Source of the DNA: Anaerolineales bacterium
Lineage (GTDB): Bacteria > Chloroflexota > Anaerolineae > Anaerolineales > Villigracilaceae
Assembly: GCA_036741855.1 (NCBI GenBank)
Contig: DAINRK010000001.1
Coordinates: forward strand, 1-39,949
Length of the DNA: 39,949 nucleotides
Reading direction: 5' to 3'
Position numbers and translations under genes: made by a program. This document shows, piece after piece, positions 36,430-39,949 of the stretch (the stretch's first letter is position 1; each line of letters opens with the position of its first letter). The notes under the pieces were generated by a model, which was not told the DNA's origin, did not search any database, and saw nothing but the letters and a program-made list of their open reading frames with translations.

Positions 36430-37617
36430 ATGGATTACAAAACTTTTGAGTACCTGCAGGAATTAATGCGAATCACGGCATTTGCGGACAGTTCGCGTCC
36501 TGTCATCGAAAATTTTCTGAAAACATTACGCGAACAGTTTGTTTTTGATAACGTTGCAGTTTACCTTTATGATCAATCATCGGAGAGTCTTGAAGTAGTT
36601 TACGCGCGCGCAGTCGGGCGCGCGAAAAGTGCTGAGGCCGATGCGGCATGGGGAGAAACATTCGCCGGGCAAGTGCTCAAGAGCGGCAGGCTTTTGTTGC
36701 AGGATCCAAAGCCCGATGCTCCGCCTGACGATCGTTTGAGCCAGGCATATCTGCTTGGCTTGCCTCTGCGTTCAGATGCGTTAACAAAAGGCGCGCTGGT
36801 TTTTGTGCGTTTCGGTGGACCCGTTTATGAAAGCGAACATATTGCACTGGCTTCGTTTGCATCAGACCTGCTTTCAAACTTGTTCGAACGCGCCTCGTGG
36901 CGGGAAACCAGTTCAGAGTTGCGTGAACTAAAGCGCCAGATGCAACTGCAGGAGGATTTTGTCAGCACCATCTCGCATGAACTGCGCACTCCTCTTGGTT
37001 TTATCAAGGGCTACAGCACCAGCCTTTTGAGACAGGATACAAGCTGGGATGCTGAAACACAGAAAGAATTCTTAACGATCATCGATGAGGAAGCGGACCG
37101 TCTATCGTTATTGATTGAGAATGTGCTCGAATCGGCGCGACTGCAGAGTAAAACTCTCCCGCTTCGCTTCCAACCTCTCAGGTTGGATTCTGTTCTACGA
37201 GACGTGATTACACGGATTCGCATTCGCCACAAAGACCTTGACGTAAATATGGATCTGAAGCCCGCGCCCTCCATTCAGGGTGACGGTGTTCGGCTCTCGC
37301 AAGTCTTTGAAAACTTGTTTACCAATGCGCTTAAATATGCACCTGGAGCACCAATCGATGTTCTGTTAATTCAGGTGGGAGGGAACATCATTATTTCTTT
37401 CAAGGATCATGGGCCGGGTATTCCGGCAGAATCTCTCCCTCTAATATTTGAGCGTTTCTACCGCGTTCGTAGTGAGCGCACCATTACTGGCACAGGGCTT
37501 GGCCTGTACATTTGCAAGCAGATAATTAATGCACATCGTGGTAAGATTTGGGCAGAATCCACACCTGGCCAAGGAACAACGTTTTTTATAGAACTGCCTA
37601 TCAATTCATCAAAATAG
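36430..37617 (+). CDS. GAF-domain histidine kinase
   Basis: N-terminal GAF-like region; ISHELRTPL, NLFTNALKY, DHGPGI, GTGLGL. Confidence 0.92.
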   Translation: MDYKTFEYLQELMRITAFADSSRPVIENFLKTLREQFVFDNVAVYLYDQSSESLEVVYARAVGRAKSAEADAAWGETFAGQVLKSGRLLLQDPKPDAPPDDRLSQAYLLGLPLRSDALTKGALVFVRFGGPVYESEHIALASFASDLLSNLFERASWRETSSELRELKRQMQLQEDFVSTISHELRTPLGFIKGYSTSLLRQDTSWDAETQKEFLTIIDEEADRLSLLIENVLESARLQSKTLPLRFQPLRLDSVLRDVITRIRIRHKDLDVNMDLKPAPSIQGDGVRLSQVFENLFTNALKYAPGAPIDVLLIQVGGNIIISFKDHGPGIPAESLPLIFERFYRVRSERTITGTGLGLYICKQIINAHRGKIWAESTPGQGTTFFIELPINSSK

Positions 37618-37632
37618 CGCAAAGGAGGCCAC

Positions 37633-38328
37633 ATGGCAAAACGCATTCTTATAGTAGATGATGAGCCCCGTTATCTACGATTGCTCGAAGCCAATTTACG
37701 GACAGAGGGATATGAAGTTGTCACTGCGCAGGATGGTATGCAGGCAGTGAGCGTTTTTTCTGACCAGCCCATTGACCTCGTACTGATGGATGTGATGATG
37801 CCAAAACTGGATGGCTTCGGCGCCACGCAACGCATCCGGGAGTTCTCTGGTACGCCGATCATCATCCTGACGGCAAAGGGAGATGAGCAGGATCGCGTGC
37901 GTGGATTGGACCTGGGGGCAGACGATTATCTGGTCAAACCATTTTCAGCTACAGAATTACTGGCGCGTGTACGCGCTGTATTACGCCGTGCCCAGCCTCC
38001 AAGCGAAGTGGGGCAGTCACGTTTCTTTACCCATGATAATTTGAAGATTGATTTTGCACGTGCCGAGGTCTGGCGCGGCGAAACTCCTGTATCCCTTTCT
38101 GCAACTGAATATCGTTTGCTTTTGCAATTTGCGCATCATGTTGGCAAGATCATGACATCCGAGGAATTGTTGACGAGCGTGTGGGGGCCCGAATATCGTA
38201 CAGATAAAGAAATCCTTTGGGTGAGCATTGCCCGTCTCCGCCAAAAACTGGAGGATGATGCGCACACTCCAAAACATATTGTGACACGGTCAGGGCTGGG
38301 CTATCTTATGCCACCCATCGAAGACTGA
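37633..38328 (+). CDS. OmpR-family response regulator (KdpE-like)
   Basis: VDDE, LMDVMMP, GADDYLVKPF, VWGPEY, LRQKLEDD..P.HIVT..GLGY; SD AAGGAGG. Confidence 0.95.
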   Translation: MAKRILIVDDEPRYLRLLEANLRTEGYEVVTAQDGMQAVSVFSDQPIDLVLMDVMMPKLDGFGATQRIREFSGTPIIILTAKGDEQDRVRGLDLGADDYLVKPFSATELLARVRAVLRRAQPPSEVGQSRFFTHDNLKIDFARAEVWRGETPVSLSATEYRLLLQFAHHVGKIMTSEELLTSVWGPEYRTDKEILWVSIARLRQKLEDDAHTPKHIVTRSGLGYLMPPIED

Positions 38329-38344
38329 CAGTCAGGAGGTTTTC

Positions 38345-39514
38345 GTGGTTGGTAAGAGTATCCTCATTCTTGACGAGAACGCCACCAGCCGAAATTTTCT
38401 TGGAAATACTCTTCGCGAAAAACAGTTCAAAGTCCTCGAAGCCGCTTCTGGCAAAGAAGCGCTCATTATTGCATGGCGGGACGAACCTGACCTTGTGCTG
38501 TTTGACCCAGTATTATCTGATATTAAAGATGAGGAATTTATCAAAAAGCTGCGCAACAATGCGCGCACCAGTAATACACATCTGATTGCTCTTTCCAGCG
38601 ACCCGGCCCCAATCAGAAAAGAAGCCTGCCTGAACGCAGGGGTAGATGAATACCTGTTCAAATCCTCGCAGGCCATCCCAGCACTTGACGAAAGTCTCAC
38701 TCGCCTATTTAGTGCGCAAAAACCGCCAGATGTTGCAAGCAAGGATGGAAAGAACCTTGGCTTGCTCATTGTTTTTTTGAGTGCAAAGGGTGGGACTGGC
38801 ACATCCTCGCTTTGTGCGAATCTTGCAATGAATATCAAACAGAGTCAACCAGATGCCCGCGTTGTTGTCGCGGACTTAATCCTGCCTATCGGTTCGATTG
38901 GTCAGATCGTTGGTTATCAGGGGAATCTGAATCTTGTAACAGTGGCAGACCTGCCATCTGGTCAGACGAACGAGGAATACTTCCGTAAGAATTTACCCAC
39001 ACCAGAGTTGTGGCAGTTTCAATTGCTGGCCGGTTCACCCGATCCGCAGCATGGAAATGTCCTCAAGGGCGAACGAATTGAGCAAATCGTAGATGTGCTC
39101 CGCTCAACGTATGATTTTCTTATCCTTGACCTTGGACGTTCGCTTTCACGCATCAGCCTGCCTCTGATCCAAAAGGCCGATCTCATCATCCTGATCGTTG
39201 CCACTGACCAAAGCACCATTCAACTAACCAAGACCGTTTGGGATTATCTTCAGATCCAGGGAATAGATAGGCAAAGAATATACGCGATCTTGAACCGTGC
39301 CGTTGGGTTGGAGGGATTGACCAAAGCAGAAGCTGAGGAGATTATTGGCATAACGATCAAGACAACAATGCCATATATGGGAAGTAATTTTGCACTAGCC
39401 AATAACCTGAACCAGCCCATTACGACAAAGTATCCAACGGATACGGCATCCATTATTTTTAAAGAGACCGCTGCGGATATGGTACGGCTTGCTCGCCGGC
39501 TGCGTGCCAAGTGA
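38345..39514 (+). CDS. Receiver domain + CpaE/TadZ-like (MinD/ParA family) ATPase
   Basis: REC (ILILDE, DLVLFDP, YLFK); deviant Walker A SAKGGTGTS; YDFLILDLG, ILNR, ANNLNQP; SD AGGAGG with GTG start. Confidence 0.88.
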   Translation: MVGKSILILDENATSRNFLGNTLREKQFKVLEAASGKEALIIAWRDEPDLVLFDPVLSDIKDEEFIKKLRNNARTSNTHLIALSSDPAPIRKEACLNAGVDEYLFKSSQAIPALDESLTRLFSAQKPPDVASKDGKNLGLLIVFLSAKGGTGTSSLCANLAMNIKQSQPDARVVVADLILPIGSIGQIVGYQGNLNLVTVADLPSGQTNEEYFRKNLPTPELWQFQLLAGSPDPQHGNVLKGERIEQIVDVLRSTYDFLILDLGRSLSRISLPLIQKADLIILIVATDQSTIQLTKTVWDYLQIQGIDRQRIYAILNRAVGLEGLTKAEAEEIIGITIKTTMPYMGSNFALANNLNQPITTKYPTDTASIIFKETAADMVRLARRLRAK

Positions 39515-39658
39515 TCTGCCTGCTTAATGAAAGTGAAAGGTAATTTTCAGCGCATTTCGACTAAACTCTGATTGCTGGTTTATTCGTGTACCGTAGAGAT
39601 GGGGATGATTTTCGGAAATTACTCCAAAGTCATGCTCCAGGTCTAAATAAGAGGCAAT

Positions 39659-39949
39659 ATGACTATTGAATATGATGAAAGAGGCAAAATATTTACGGAT
39701 ATCGTCTCCAAGATAGCAATCCATGCTACCGTTCAGACGACAACTCACATGCTGCGCGGTCACATCCACGTACGCAGGGATCAGCGCATCATAGACGAAC
39801 TGGATCTAAGCGAGAACTTCCTCGCGCTCACCGACGTGGACGTGCTAAGCCCCGATGGTCAAATCTTATTTCAAGTGCCGTTCCTGGCAGTTCGGCGATC
39901 CCATATTGTATGGGTCATTCCTGAACCAAAAACAAATGAGGAGGGTGAG
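39659..39949 (+). CDS. 3'-truncated small beta-rich hypothetical protein (possibly DUF6812-like)
   Basis: Open frame MTIEYDERGKIFTDIVSK...RGHIHVRRDQRIIDELD...FLALTDV...FLAVRRSHIVWVIP running to the window edge; SD GAGG. Not in the ORF track. Confidence 0.75.
   Translation, partial: MTIEYDERGKIFTDIVSKIAIHATVQTTTHMLRGHIHVRRDQRIIDELDLSENFLALTDVDVLSPDGQILFQVPFLAVRRSHIVWVIPEPKTNEEGE

Noticed and set aside
36430..38328. Calling the kinase/regulator pair kdpD/kdpE
   Set aside because: The kinase lacks the KdpD N-terminal, Usp and 4-TM domains, and no kdpFABC is present; only the regulator is KdpE-like.
38332..38838. Long antisense ORFs (168 aa here; also 26051-26524, 29786-30217, 17409-17801)
   Set aside because: They lie opposite well-supported genes and lack motifs; treated as shadow ORFs.
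1..39949. CRISPR array, tRNA/rRNA, transposase, prophage or defence genes
   Set aside because: No regularly spaced repeats, cloverleafs or corresponding protein motifs were seen.

Overview
A gene-dense, almost entirely + strand bacterial chromosomal segment. Gene content (DUF2298/Chlor_Arch_YYY proteins, CeoB/CeoC-type TrkA pair, short YidC, extended L34) suggests Chloroflexota, probably Anaerolineae; this is inference. (1) 1-19380: a cell-envelope glycosylation-type cluster with a flippase-like membrane protein (partial), rhomboid protease, CDP-tyvelose-epimerase-like SDR, Tat-exported sulfatase-fold enzyme with a Thr nucleophile, GT4, two SAM methyltransferases and four genes encoding five GT-C-like membrane modules (GT39-like, a 1801-aa GT39+DUF2298 fusion, a second DUF2298, a TIGR03663-like protein), with DUF952 embedded. 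(2) cmk, two tandem PlsC-family acyltransferases and a large orphan sensor kinase. (3) A decayed remnant of a KimA/YdaO-like APC transporter ahead of two trkA genes. (4) rpmH (missed by the ORF track)-rnpA-yidD-[beta-propeller lipoprotein]-yidC-jag-pfkB-DUF3592-parA-parB, without dnaA, mnmE, mnmG or rsmG. (5) An amidohydrolase and a signalling cluster: MshEN-motif histidine kinase, GAF kinase, KdpE-like regulator, REC-CpaE/TadZ-like ATPase and a partial small protein. Several intergenic palindromic REP-like elements and probable leaderless promoters are present. No rRNA, tRNA, CRISPR array or transposase was seen. All family calls come from recognising motifs by eye, not from database searches.
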